From NCBI RefSeq assembly GCF_018977255.1, contig NW_024704743.1:58592001-58656000 (forward strand): a stretch of 64,000 nucleotides of DNA, written 5' to 3'. Below, piece after piece: positions 51,181 to 63,045 of the stretch (position 1 is the first letter of the stretch; the number at the start of each line of letters is the position of its first letter). The DNA is from Callorhinchus milii (lineage: Eukaryota). A program made the translations under genes and the position numbers. The notes under the pieces were generated by a model that made no database searches, was not told the origin of the DNA, and saw only the letters and a list, made by a program, of their open reading frames with translations.

Positions 51181-51929
51181 TCAAAGAAAAGTGCCTGTAT
51201 TCAAAACAAACATTTACATTCTGGTATTAATTTATTATTTATTGTGAAAATAGAGGACAATGTTCAAAGACAAAACAGGCTTAAAGACTTCAACTGTACA
51301 GTCAAATTCCACATATAATTCTTTATTGTCTATAAACATCAGTATCAATTTGTTCAGGCAATAAATACAACTCTAAAAGATAACATTACATGCTGCATAT
51401 ACATTATAACAACAATCTGCGGTTATATAGCATCATTCATGTCAGAAAATTGTTTTCAAGCCCTTTACAAAGATGGAGTGGGAGCCTATGCTAGGACGGA
51501 GATAAAGAGGTACAGGGTGGTTGGGAAAGGTGCAATCAAGGAGATAGGTCCTCATACATGTTTTGAAAGCAGAGGAATTTCAGAAGAGAGTACCAAGCTC
51601 ACCAGTTTGCACACAGCAATGTCACACAAACAGACATGAAGTGAACAATCAATTTTACCTTGGGGATTGTTACCCTGAACATTATGATTTGCATTAGCAG
51701 CATTTTGCATTAATGTCACATTATAACAGCACCATACTTTAACTCAAATAGGGTGACCAGAACAGATGGCGTAGTGACAATCAAAATTAAAGTGATGCAT
51801 CAAATTTTGGTAATGAAAATTTTACAGATTCTTTCCTGACTTGCTGTCTTCAAATTCATATTACACATAAGGCCTCATTGGAAGGACCACATCAGTGTCC
51901 CTAAGTCACTCTAGTGTTTGCTGTGTAGG

Positions 51930-52358
51930 TGTCAGTATTGGTCAGTTGGTAGCATTCTTGTCTCTGAGTCAGAAGGTTATGGGTTGAAGCCTCTTCTTTG
52001 GGAACAGAACTCACAGTCTAGGCTGACACTCCTGTGCAGTCCTTGGAGTGTACTGCATTGTCAAGAATGCTGCCCTTCGTGTGAGATGTTAAGCCGAGGT
52101 TCCATTTGCCTGTTCAAGTAGACGTCATGGCTTTATTTGAAAAGAGAAGTGAATTTCTCCTGGTATCCTGACCAACAATCCTCCAGATAAAATGTGTCAT
52201 TCACTTCATTGCGGTTTGTAAGATATTGCTGTGCATAAATTGGCTGCTGGGTTTGTCTAAAAAATATGCAGTTACTAGACTTTACAGTAAATCCTGTGAA
52301 GCGCTTTGAGAGATCCTCCCAATGAGAAATGTGCCATATCAAATGCAATTTATTTATT
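51930..52358 (+). mobile_element. SINE family 2, full length
   Basis: gtcag...ggtagcattcttgtctctgagtcagaagg head, tctaggctgacactcc, Deu-type domain, core, L2-type end. Confidence 0.88.
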
Positions 52359-52848
52359 TTATTTGGAAAAAGAACTGAACTTCTACTAATCGCTTTTTTA
52401 TGAGAAGCCTTAACCTTTCCTATATATCCTCTGTCAAATTCTCCCAATTCCACAGGTGGGCCAACAAGTGCATTTGATGCAATCTGGAGATTGTTGTTCT
52501 GAACAGCTGAGAATTCAGAACATTCCTCAACAGATTGAATGTGAGAAAAATCTATTACTAAAGATGGGATACAGTTGGGACCTCACTGTCCCTCTCCCCA
52601 ACATTAGCAAAGTGGTTGGGGACCAAAGCCAATTCAAAAATAATATTGCTGCCAGCTTAGAAATGTGCATTTTTTTAAAAAACACAATTCAAAATAGATT
52701 TATTTTATTTTGAATCTAATTTGCCACAATTCTTAAAGCAAAAACTATCAAACTGAAATTAAATGTAATAACTTTGCAAGATTCTGCACCATCTTGAATT
52801 TTAAGATAAAAATCTGAAGTCTAAGAACATCAGAAATTTTGGCCATTT

Positions 52849-53153
52849 ATAATAATAATCCTTGCGTTTGATATAGCGCTTTTCACGTCTTCTAGATGTC
52901 TCAAAGCGCTTCACAGAATAGACTGTAAAGTGAATTGACTGTATATTTATGGGAGAAATACAGCAGCCAATTGCGCACAGCGTGTCCCACAAACAGTCGT
53001 GGATTGAAATGACCAATTTATTATTGTTTTTTGAGGGATTATTATCAGACGTGTGGAGTAAGGAAACATGCCTAAGGTTTCACTCTGCCAGGAATCAAAC
53101 CCAGGTCTCTCACTTGCAAAGCGAGTGCTCTAACCACTGAGCTACAGGACTCC
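52849..53153 (-). mobile_element. SINE family 1, short-body subfamily, full length
   Basis: Reverse complement begins ggagtcctgtagctcagtggttagagcactcgctttgcaag; core and (tta)n. Confidence 0.94.
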
Positions 53154-53167
53154 AGAATGATGGAGGA

Positions 53168-53420
53168 TGACAACAACAAACTACATTTGTATAAAGCCTT
53201 TCACATCAGGAGGATATCCCAAGGCGGTGGACAGTTAGGAATTCGGATCAGAGCTGGATGTTGGGATCAGGGCAGGTGGAAGCCAGGGAGGTTAGGGATA
53301 GGAGAGTGGACAAAGGCACGGTCGAAAAGAGGGTCTTGAGATGTGTCGTGAATGAGGCAAGGGAGGGAGCAAGGCGAAGGGACTGTAGAATAGAGTTTCA
53401 AAGGGGACTGTGGGATGGAG
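53168..53420 (-). mobile_element. L2 3' end
   Basis: caacaacaaactacatttgtata...cctttcacatcaggagga...aaggcacggtcgaaaagagggtcttgag. Confidence 0.85.
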
Positions 53421-53933
53421 TTCCAAAGGGCCTCCTGTTTAGAAGGTGTGCACCAGCTGGACTGGGATGATCTGAATGGTTTGGATGGTCTGGATGTTGG
53501 GGACAGCCTGGCCAGTGGTAGTGGCGGTGGTGGGCATCTCTGTCACTTATTTCTGTAAACCAGCAATCATTTCTGTATTCTTGTTGGAATCCTTCAGGAT
53601 ATTAAAGCACTTTATATAACAAGGAAGGCATTGGGATCTATATATGAATGAACAGACGGCTGGCATGTTGTGTGGGTGGCAACAAAGCCTAAGGTGACAG
53701 ATGGCTGCGACTGTAAGGTATTCATAGTAAGCATATACTGATTCCAAAATCTTTAGTTCTCAATATGGAATTGGTGGAATTTGTGTTAGTGTGAAGAAAA
53801 TGAGTATAAAAAATGGGAATTACCATTATTTTATATGGCTTCAGTAGGTGATTTCGGAAGTCAGTAGGAATGGAAGATGATAAGACAAATAAATAATAAA
53901 TAATAATAAATACATAATAATAAATAAATAATA

Positions 53934-54153
53934 AGACGCCTTATAATAATTCCTCCAAAAAACAAAACAATAATAAATTGGTCATTTTCAATCCACGGTT
54001 GTTTGTGGGACACTGCTGTGCGCAATTGGCTGTTGTGTTTCGCTCACAAATATACGGTCAATTCACTTTACAGCATATTCTATGAAGCACTTTGAGACGT
54101 CTAGAAGACATGAAAAGCGCTATATCAAATGCAAGGATTATTATTGTTATTAT
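53934..54153 (+). mobile_element. SINE family 1, 3' part
   Basis: gtttgtgggacactgctgtgcgcaattggctg...gagacgtctagaagacatgaaaagcgctatatcaaatgcaagg; preceded by a (taaa/taa)n tract at 53884-53933. Confidence 0.9.
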
Positions 54154-54322
54154 AAAGGGAAGAGAATTGGTTCCAGGATCATGTCAATGACACTTGCTGC
54201 AATAATGTGATTAATTAGTCAAAAGAGAACAAAGAAAATTGGCTGTAATCAAATGAAAGTCATGAGACATTTTGTAACCATAAAATGGTCCCTAAAGTTG
54301 TATCAGTTTAAACTGATGAAGA

Positions 54323-54747
54323 TGTCAGCCTGGCTCGATTCATAGCACTCTCACCTCTGAGTCAGAAGACCGTGGGCACAAGCCTTTACAGCGGGACATT
54401 GAACTCATAATCTAGGCTGACACTGCAATGCAATGTTGGTAGAGTGAGTCGTTTCAGATGAGACGTTAAACCAAGGTCTTGTCTGCCTGTTCAGTGGATG
54501 TTAAAAATCCTATGGCACTATTTAAAAAGAGAAGGGAGTTTCTCGCAGTGTTCTGAGCAATAATCCCCAAAATAAAATTGGCCATTCAGTTCATGGCTGT
54601 TTGAGGGACATTGCTGTGTGGGCACATTGGCTTCTGCATCTGCCTACAAATACAATCATTTACATTTTACAGTAAATCCTGTAAAGCACTTTGAGACATC
54701 TTGACGACATGAAAGGTGCCATATCAAATGCAAAAATTATTATTATA
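54323..54747 (+). mobile_element. SINE family 2, full length
   Basis: tgtcagcctggctc...ctctgagtcagaag, gatgagacgttaaaccaaggt...gtggatgttaaaaatcctatggcactattt (Deu domain), core, tail. Confidence 0.9.
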
Positions 54748-55667
54748 TCATAGAATGAGAAAGATCATAATGCTATCAAGCCCGATAGACTATGTACAAA
54801 ACATTCTATCATTGACCTCATCCCACTCAATCTCTCTCCAGGGTAAAATAATACTTGAAGGAAGTTATTTTACTTCTGAAACATGTCTCTGGAAAAACTC
54901 AAGATATTTGTCTCCAAAGCTTTCAACTGGAACTATTCAAATCAATGGAGGACTTCCAATAAATGACAGATGTGGGCATGGGCAACTTTCATCTCTAAAG
55001 TGTTTTGTCTTGTCCCCCAAAACTTTTTTATGCTCAGAAAGCAAAAGACATTATGTCCATCGCTTTGCAATGTGCAGAGAACACTTCATTCCTTTCACTA
55101 AAGAAGATTTTCTTCAGCAATTCATTCTCAGCCATTCTTCCGAAATGCATTCTGGTCAGCAAGAGCTGTGACTTCAGTACATTCAGATAGAAATCTGACT
55201 TCTCCATCTGGGTACACAATAGAAATGTTATCAAGCAGTGTGATACCAATTATGTACCTAAGGCAAGTATTCAAATATTCTAGAAACCCTCCAGGCAAGA
55301 AATATCGTTTGCCCTTAATATAATGTCTCATAGCTATGTGATGAATGCAAAACTATCAATGAACATATGCTCTTTATTACTGTGGTGGAAACATTTCTGG
55401 TAGACATTGTTAGTAACATGTTGCTATTCAGCAGTATTGGCCATTGTATGCTAGAAGTTATCCCTTTGCCTGCCCTAAGGCACTATTGGAAATGGTTGCG
55501 GATACAAGCTTAATAAATCCACTACAGTCTAAAAGATTTGGTATAATCTAGATTCATGTTCTAAAATAATGGATTTTTATTTGACCTGTCGATTGCCATT
55601 GATGGGATTTAATTTGTGATGCTGCATTTCTTAATGTGATTCCTTAATAAGGAATCGTATACAAATA

Positions 55668-57170
55668 CAGCAACAACAACAAAATTACATTTATAGAGCG
55701 CCTTTCACGTCAGGAAGACGTCCCAAGGTGCTGAAGAGTCAGGGGTCAGGATCCGAGCATGGGGGAGGGGTGAGGTAGGGGTGAGAGAAGGCAGAGAGGT
55801 GAGAGAGAGACTGAAGGCACGATCGAAGAGGAGGGTCTTGAGACCGGCCTTAAAGGAGGCAACGGAGGAAGCGAGGCAAAGGGACTGTGGAATGGAATTC
55901 CAGAGTGTGGAGGCAAAGAGGCTGAAAGCCCGGCCACCGATGGTAGGACGGGTCGGGTGGGAGACATGGAGGAGGCCGGAGCCGGCTGAACAGAGGGATC
56001 GGGCAGGTGGGGGGTAGGGATTCAGGGGGTCAGAGAGGTAGGAGGGGGCAAGGCCATGGATGGCCTTGAAAGTGAGGACAAGTGAGGGAGCCAATAGAGT
56101 CAGTCGAGTGTGGGAGTGATAGGGTCACAGAGCCTGGTGCGTGAGAGTACATGATCTGCAGAGTTTTGGATGATCTGCAGTTTGTGAAGGGAAGAGTTGG
56201 GAAGGCCGATGAGGAGGGAGTTCCTATAATCGGGCCTTGATGTGACGAACGCGTGGGTGAGGGTTTCGGCAACCTGAGGGGTGAGGCAGTGGCGGAGTCT
56301 GGCAATGTTGCGGAAGTGGTGGTAGGCAGTGCCGGTCGTGGCGCGGATGTGGGGGAGAAAGGACAGTTCAGGGTCAAACAAGATACCCAGGTTCCTGACT
56401 GGCTTAGTGAGGTTGAATGTGCAGCCGTGGAGGTTGATCCTGCCAGCGCCTGAGGTGTGGAGGCGCTGGCATGAGCCAATCAGGAGAACCTCTTTCTTGC
56501 TGACGTTCAGTTGGAGAAAGTTGTCCCTCGTCCAGGACTTCATGTTGGACAGGCAGTCGGTCAGGCAGTAGTCCTGGAGTTGAGGGTGGAGGCAGAGAGA
56601 TAGAGTTGGGTGTCATCCGCATACATGTGGAAATTTACCCCATGTTTGCGGATGATGTCACCAAGGGGGAGCATGTAGAGGGTGAAGAGGAGGGGACCGA
56701 GGACAGAGCCCTGAGGAACATCGCATGAGACAGTGCAAGGACTGGAGGAGAAGCCATTTGCAGAGACGAAGTGGAGGCGGTGTGAAAGGTAGGACCTGAA
56801 CCAGTCAAGGACAGAACCTTGAAGGTTGAGGTGGGAGGAGAGGCGGTGGAGGAGGATTGAATGGTGCACAGTATCAAAGGCAACAGAGAGGTTGAGGAGG
56901 ACGAGGAGGCAGAGGGAGCTCTGGTCACACATGGTCAGGATGTCATTTGTGACCTTTACCAGAGAAGTTTCCGTGCTGTGGGCAGCACAGAAACCCGATT
57001 GGAGGGTATCATGGAGGGAGTGGGAGGAGAAGAAAGAGCGAAGCTGGGAGGTGATGGCTCTCTCAAGGACCGTGGACAGAAAAGGGAGGTGGGAGATGGG
57101 CCGGTAGCTGGATATCTGTGATGGGTCAAGGGAAGGTTTCTTCAAGGTGGGGGTGATAGTGACTCTTTTG
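55668..57170 (-). mobile_element. L2 LINE with RT domain, 5'-truncated and frameshifted
   Basis: ORFs 56561..57145 ([39 protein letters not shown]), 56100..56543 and 55705..56094; (caa)n tail. Confidence 0.96.
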
Positions 57171-57804
57171 AGGAAGCCTGGCTCATTTTACAATACTCTG
57201 AAGCCCCACGACAGGATTTTGAACTCATATAGTCTAGGCTGGAGGTGTGCTGCATTGATGAAGATGCCATCTTTTGGATGAAATGTTTAACCCTTTTCTT
57301 AAGGAGCACTGACCTGATTTATGTCTCCCTACCTATCAGCCCCATTATCACTAGGTGGGCTTTCAGACATTTTGTTCCCAATGTCAGTAACTCCATCACA
57401 GCACCATTCCAACTCATTCCCTCCCTCCTCTTTCAAGGCAAGTCTTAAAACATGCCTCTTTGATTGTGCTTTCGGTCATCTTTCCCCTCCTCACCCATTC
57501 AGTTCCCACCCCAGTTCGGGTATATGTAAATTTTAGATTTTGTAAATGTAAATTGTATTGTAAATAAAAATGTAAATTGTATGGTATTCTAAATCAAGGT
57601 TCCATATGCTGTTCAGGTGGACATTAAAGATTATATGGCACCATTCAAAAAGAGAAGGGAACATCCTGCACAAAAATCTCCCAAATAAAATTGTTCAATT
57701 TCTTCATAGCTGCTTGTAGGACATTGTTGTGCGCAAATTTCCTACTACGTTCACCCACAAAGCAATCTGAGACGCTACTCTACGTGTTGTTTGTTGTTTG
57801 CCTG

Positions 57805-58137
57805 TGACTTCCTAATCCCCTACCAACCTGTCTGCTCCCTCCGCTCAGCGGGCTTTGGCCTGCTTCACATCCCCCGCCTTGCCAGCCCCACGATTGGCAG
57901 GTGGGCCTTCAGCCTCTCTGCCGCCACCCTCTAGAACTCCATACCACAGTCCCTCTGCCTTGCCCCTCCCTTGTCTCCTTCAACAGTCTCAAGACCCTTC
58001 TCTTCAACCGTGCCTTCAGTCACCCTCCTATCCCTACTTCCAACAGCTCCGGTGCGGATCCTCAGACTGTCCAGCACCTTGGGACGCCCTCCTAACATGA
58101 AAGGTGCTATACAAATATAATTTGTTGTTGTTGTTGT
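57805..58137 (+). mobile_element. L2 3' fragment
   Basis: ctcaagacccttctcttcaaccgtgccttc...gcaccttgggacg...gaaaggtgctatacaaat(ttg)n. Confidence 0.88.
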
Positions 58138-59435
58138 AAACCGGTCTGCACAGCTGCTGCTGGTTCTGAACCCAGATCTGGAATCTTACTGTTCCATTCT
58201 TGAAACTGTTTAGGGACACTGACCCATCCAAACCTTACCAGGAGGTTGATGCCTTCCAGTCTTACGTTGCTCATGATCACTACTTTTGTAAAGAATGAAA
58301 ATGGTAGCAATCTTTCAATCAAGTGGTTCATGTCTATCATTGCCTCTATGAACCAGAATGACACACACGAATACTTGGGAGTACAATGATCTCTCTATTT
58401 TTGAAAGCTCTGCTATTACTTGTGACAAGTGATGCATTGGTACCTTAGGCATTTTTTCTTGACTTGGCTCTGTTCATGTACAGACACAATGTTTTTCTTT
58501 GAAAGATTTAGCCATTTAGCCATTTCAACGTTCATTGTGAAAGATTTAGCCATTGGTCTTGTAGCTTAAACTGAGCATTACTGGAAAGTATTTGTACCAT
58601 TTCTTGAAGCAATACAGGATCTAGTCTAACGTCACTGTCCAGCACCTTGGGATGTCCTCCCGATGTGAAAGGCGTTATACAAATATAATCTTGTTGTTCT
58701 TGTAGTTTAAACTAATGGTGAGGAATAGATGATTAACATAGAATTAAAACGGCATATTTGGGGTCAAAGTGATCACATTGCTTTCCAGGTGGAAATGAAC
58801 AATAACAACAACAACAAAATTACATTTGTATAGCGCCTTTCACGTCGGGAGGACATCCCAAGCCACTGAAATGAAGTTAGACAATGGCCTATAATGAGGC
58901 TGAATTTGATGGTATGAAAGAGGTGATGGTGATTTTCAAGTGAGTGATAATCTTAAAACAATGCAAAAGGGAAAAGGGGAAGATATAAAGAGATGAAGGG
59001 TTCACAATTGTGAATTGCGCTATTCCAATATAATAATGTAATGGATATTGGGATTTATGATAATTACCAAAAGGAAAATCAACAACAACTTGCATTTATA
59101 TCACGCCTTTCATGCGGGATAGCGTCTCGGAGCACTTAAAGAAAGAGGAAGAGGCTAGGAGTCTCATTCTGCAACCAGGCTCCTTGTGTCCCCTCATCCT
59201 CAATGCTGCCTTTGATACTGAAGACTGCTTTTCTGTTTCTGTTCCGACTTCACATCCATTGATTCCAATACCCTTATCCACACCTTTGTCACCTCCATAC
59301 TCAACATTTCAAATGGCCTTCTCTCCAACATCTCTCCATCTCACACCCTTACCTACACAAAACATTGCATCACCTTCATCCTCACTAGCCTCACTAGTTC
59401 CATCTCCCTATGGATCAACTTCAAGATCATCATTC

Positions 59436-59544
59436 TCACCTACAAAATATACAGTCACTACACTTTACAGTATATCCTGTGAAGCACTTTGAGACGTCTT
59501 GAAGACGCGATAAGGCGCTATTTCAAATGCAAGGATTATTATTA
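59436..59544 (+). mobile_element. SINE 3' end fused to an old L2 fragment (~59150-59440)
   Basis: cacctacaaaatatacagtcac...gagacgtcttgaagacgcgataaggcgc...gcaaggattatt. Confidence 0.82.
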
Positions 59545-59594
59545 CAAAACTTTTGATGAACTTGCACTACTTTTATGCAGAGGTTTATCAAGAT

Positions 59595-59795
59595 GTAGAA
59601 TGTCTTACCTGGAATCATGGTCGAATCTGAATCTAATTAAGCTTTCAAGAAGAAATTAGATAACTATCTGTAAAGGAGAAATATAAAGGTGTATAATGAG
59701 AAAAGGTAGGAGAATGAAATTAAATGGATGCCTCTTTCAATGAGCCAGCACAGGCACTGGGTCAAATGGCCTCCTTCTGTGCTGTTAATGGTTCT
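59595..59795 (+). mobile_element. Old CR1 3' end
   Basis: ctttcaagaagaaattagat...gagccagcacaggcac...aatggcctccttctgtgctg. Confidence 0.75.
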
Positions 59796-60699
59796 ATTGT
59801 TCCAAAAAGTTCTTTAGCTGCTCTTTTGTTTTATATAGCCTTTTGTATAGTATAATAACTATTGGCTTCACCTGAAACTCTTTTGTTATATCTGGACCTG
59901 AGAGATGTCTGTCACAGTTACATGTCTCGTTTTTAGCCTCATGGTTCAGCTGAAATTGGAAATTAGCTAACAAGTACATCATGCTCAGTATTCAGGTCAG
60001 CATCTCAAAATAGCCTGCAATCTTTAATCAATTTGATTTTCTTTGCCCAAGAGTTACAGGCATTGCTATTGTGACCCATATATTTAATAGAGGATAATCT
60101 TAGTGACTTGCTGAACTTGTAAAGGCAAAGTGTGTCATTGCTAGGTATACCCAGCCACTTTTGGCACCCAATGTCAATATCAACATCAAGTCAGGTCAAG
60201 TCACCTATGTCAGGTGAAGCAAAGCCACAAACAGAATAAACAATTAAAGTGACCACTTTAGATTTTAGTTTCATTTTCAAGCATCCACAAATGCTTAACT
60301 CTTAAAGGCACTTAAAGGCCTTGGTAGGTGCAAGGGAGTAACATCTAGGCTTTTATGTGTTTGGTTTGTTTATTGTTTGAACCCTCTCTCTTTTGGTCTT
60401 TGTTTCTGTGACAACTTATTTGCCCCTTATATCAGACTTCTTGGTACATCCTCCCGACGTGAAAGACGCTCTATAAATGGAATCTTGTTGTTGTTGTTGG
60501 TAGCATGGACAAGGTGCATTCATAATGGATTCTCCAGTGTTTTAACTGGTGTGATTCCTTTTAATGTTAAGGACATTGTATCTGATTTCCTTGTGCTCCA
60601 AAGGGATTAGCAATCCAGGGAGAAGATGCTATAATTATAATAATCCTTGCAGTTGATTATGACATTGAGATGTCTCAAAGAGCTTCACAAGATATACTG

Positions 60700-62835
60700 T
60701 AACAACAACAATAACATCCATGCCAGACGGCGTCTCAGAGCACTTCACAGGAACGGATTCCGGGGCCGAGCCAGGGGGAGGGGGAGGAAGGTGACCAAAG
60801 GCGCAGTCGAAAAGAAAGGTCTTCAGCAGAGACCTGAAAATAGGAAGAGAAGGAGCGAGGCGAAGGGAGTGAGGAAGGGAGTTTCAGAGCCTCGGGGCGT
60901 AGTGGCTGAAGGCACGGCCACCGAGGGTGGAGCGGAAGACTTGGGGGACAAAGAGGAGGCCAGACCGGAAGAACAAAGGCAACGGGCACTGTTTTGAAGA
61001 GAGAGGAGGTCATAGAGGTAGGGGTGTGTGGAGGAGTACAGGGATTTGAAGACAAGGGTGAGGATAATAAGAATAATCCTTGCATTTGATATAGCGTTTT
61101 TCACGTCTTCTCAACGTCTCAAAGCGCTTCACAGAATAGACTGTAAAGTGAATTGACCACATATTTGTGGGCGAAACGCGGCAGCCAATTGCGCACAGCA
61201 GTGTCCCACAAACAGTCATGAATTGAAAATGACCAATTTATTATTGTTTTGTGTTTTGGAGGGATTATTGGAGGGATCTTGAAATCGATCTTCTCTAGGA
61301 CAGTCAGCCATGCAGTCTGGTGATGACTAGGATTAATCGGGGAGCAGAGTTTGGTATTGGTGAGAATTCAGGCAGCAGAGTTTTGAATAATCTGAATTTT
61401 GTGGATGGTAGTTGAGGAGAGGCTGGTAAGGAGGGCGTTTGAATAGTCCAGCCGAGAGGTGACAAAGGCATGGACCAGGGTTTCAGCGGCTTTTGAAGTG
61501 AGGTATTGGCAGAGACGGGCGATGCGTCGGAGGTGTAAGAAAGCGGTGCTGGTGAGGGACTGGATGTGAGGAAGGAAGGATAATTGGGGGTCGAACCTGA
61601 GGCCTAGGTTGCCTACGGGTTCGGAGCATTTTAGGGGGAGGTCGGATAGGTGGAGGAAGTGAGAACCATGAGATTTTAGACGTTGACGACAGCCAAAGAG
61701 TATGGCTTCCATCTTGTCAACGTTCAGCTGAAGGAAATTTGCGCTCATCCAGCCCCTGAGGTCTGACATGCAGACTGACAGAACATCAGGGGACTGGGGG
61801 ATCGCAAAGAGAGGTGGAAAAATAGAGTTGGCTGTCGTCCGCATACATGTGGAAATGTACCCCATGTCTGCGGATGACATCCCCAAGAGGGAGCATGTAG
61901 ATCAGAAAGAGGAGGGGGCCAAGGATAGATCCTTGGGGTACCCCGCAGGTGACCGGGTGAGAGCGGGAGGAGAAGCCATTTGTGCAGAGGTACTGCTGGC
62001 GGTTTGTGAGGTAGGACTCGAACCAGGCGAGTGCAGTCCCACTGAGGTGGATGACTGAGGAAAGGCGGTGGAGGAGGATGGTGTGATTGACTGTGTCGAA
62101 TTCGGTGGAGAGGTCCAGGAGGACAAGGAGGCAGAGGGAACCCTGGTCACAGACAGAGAGGATGTCGTTTGTGACTTTCACAAGCGCGGTCTCTGTACTG
62201 TGGGCAGCGTGGAAACCGGACTGGAGGGGTTCGAAGAGGGAGTGGGAGGAGAGGTGTGCGTGAAGTTGGTTTGCAACAATGCGTTCTAGGACTTTTGCGA
62301 GGAAGGGCAGGTTAGGAATAGGTTGGTAATGGCTGTGGTTTGAGGGATCTAAGGAAGGTTTTTTGAGGAGGGGGGTGATGACAGTAGTTTTGAAGGGGGC
62401 AGGCACTGATCCGGAGGAGAGGGACTGGTTGATCACATCAGCCAGTAGTGGGCAGAGGAGGGGGAGCTGGGTGACCAGTAAGTTGGTGGGGAGGTGGTCG
62501 AGGCAGCAGGTGGTGGGTTTCATGGAGGTGATGGTGGGTGAGAAGGAGGAGGGAGAGATGGGGAGGAAGGAGTGTAGGATGGGGTTGGTGGTAGGAGCAG
62601 ATGATGGGGAGGATGAGGGGGACAGAGAGGGCTTGGTGGTGAGTGACAAGAGGCAGGTGGATGAGGCTGCCTGGCGAATGTTGTGAATTTTAGATGAAAA
62701 GGAGTCCATGACCTCCTCGCACTTGGCATTTGATATGAAGATTGAGGAGGCCTGAGGGGAGGCACGGAGGAGGTAGTCAGTGGTTGGAAAAAAGGATTTT
62801 AGGGTTGTGTTTAGCCTCCAAGATGATGTTGGAGT
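60700..62835 (-). mobile_element. L2 LINE, ~2.1 kb, RT domain, frameshifted, interrupted by a SINE
   Basis: ORF 61786..62709 ([46 protein letters not shown]) and 61368..61886 ([10 protein letters not shown]). Confidence 0.96.
61066..61270 (-). mobile_element. Young SINE 3' half inserted into L2
   Basis: Splits the L2 motif gtgaggat|cttgaaatcgatc; CpG-rich core retained. Confidence 0.92.
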
Positions 62836-63045
62836 ATTGTAAAGTAAATTGAATGTTTATTTTGTGGACAAAACACAGCAGCCAGTTTGCACACAGCAAA
62901 TGGAGTGACCAATTTTATTTGGGGGAATTATTGGCAAGGACACTGGGAGAAACTCCCTTCTCTTTTTGAATAGTGCCATGGGATCTTTAGCGTCCACCTG
63001 AACAGGCAGACGGGACGTCAGTTTAATGTCTCATCCAAAGGATGT
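62835..63045 (-). mobile_element. SINE family 2 fragment (Deu domain)
   Basis: gaatagtgccatgggatctttagcgtccacctgaacaggcagacggg...tttaatgtctcatcc. Confidence 0.85.

Noticed and set aside
54716..55171. 151-codon ORF with an acceptor-like ctctctccag at ~54841
   Set aside because: Begins in a SINE tail and a CR1-like remnant; no recognisable domain and no supporting neighbouring exons; probably chance, though not excluded without RNA-seq
61786..62709. 307-aa RT ORF with YADD as a possible domesticated or novel RT system
   Set aside because: Ordinary L2 ORF2 fragment: frameshifted downstream, 5'-truncated, lacks the endonuclease, and the element is interrupted by a SINE
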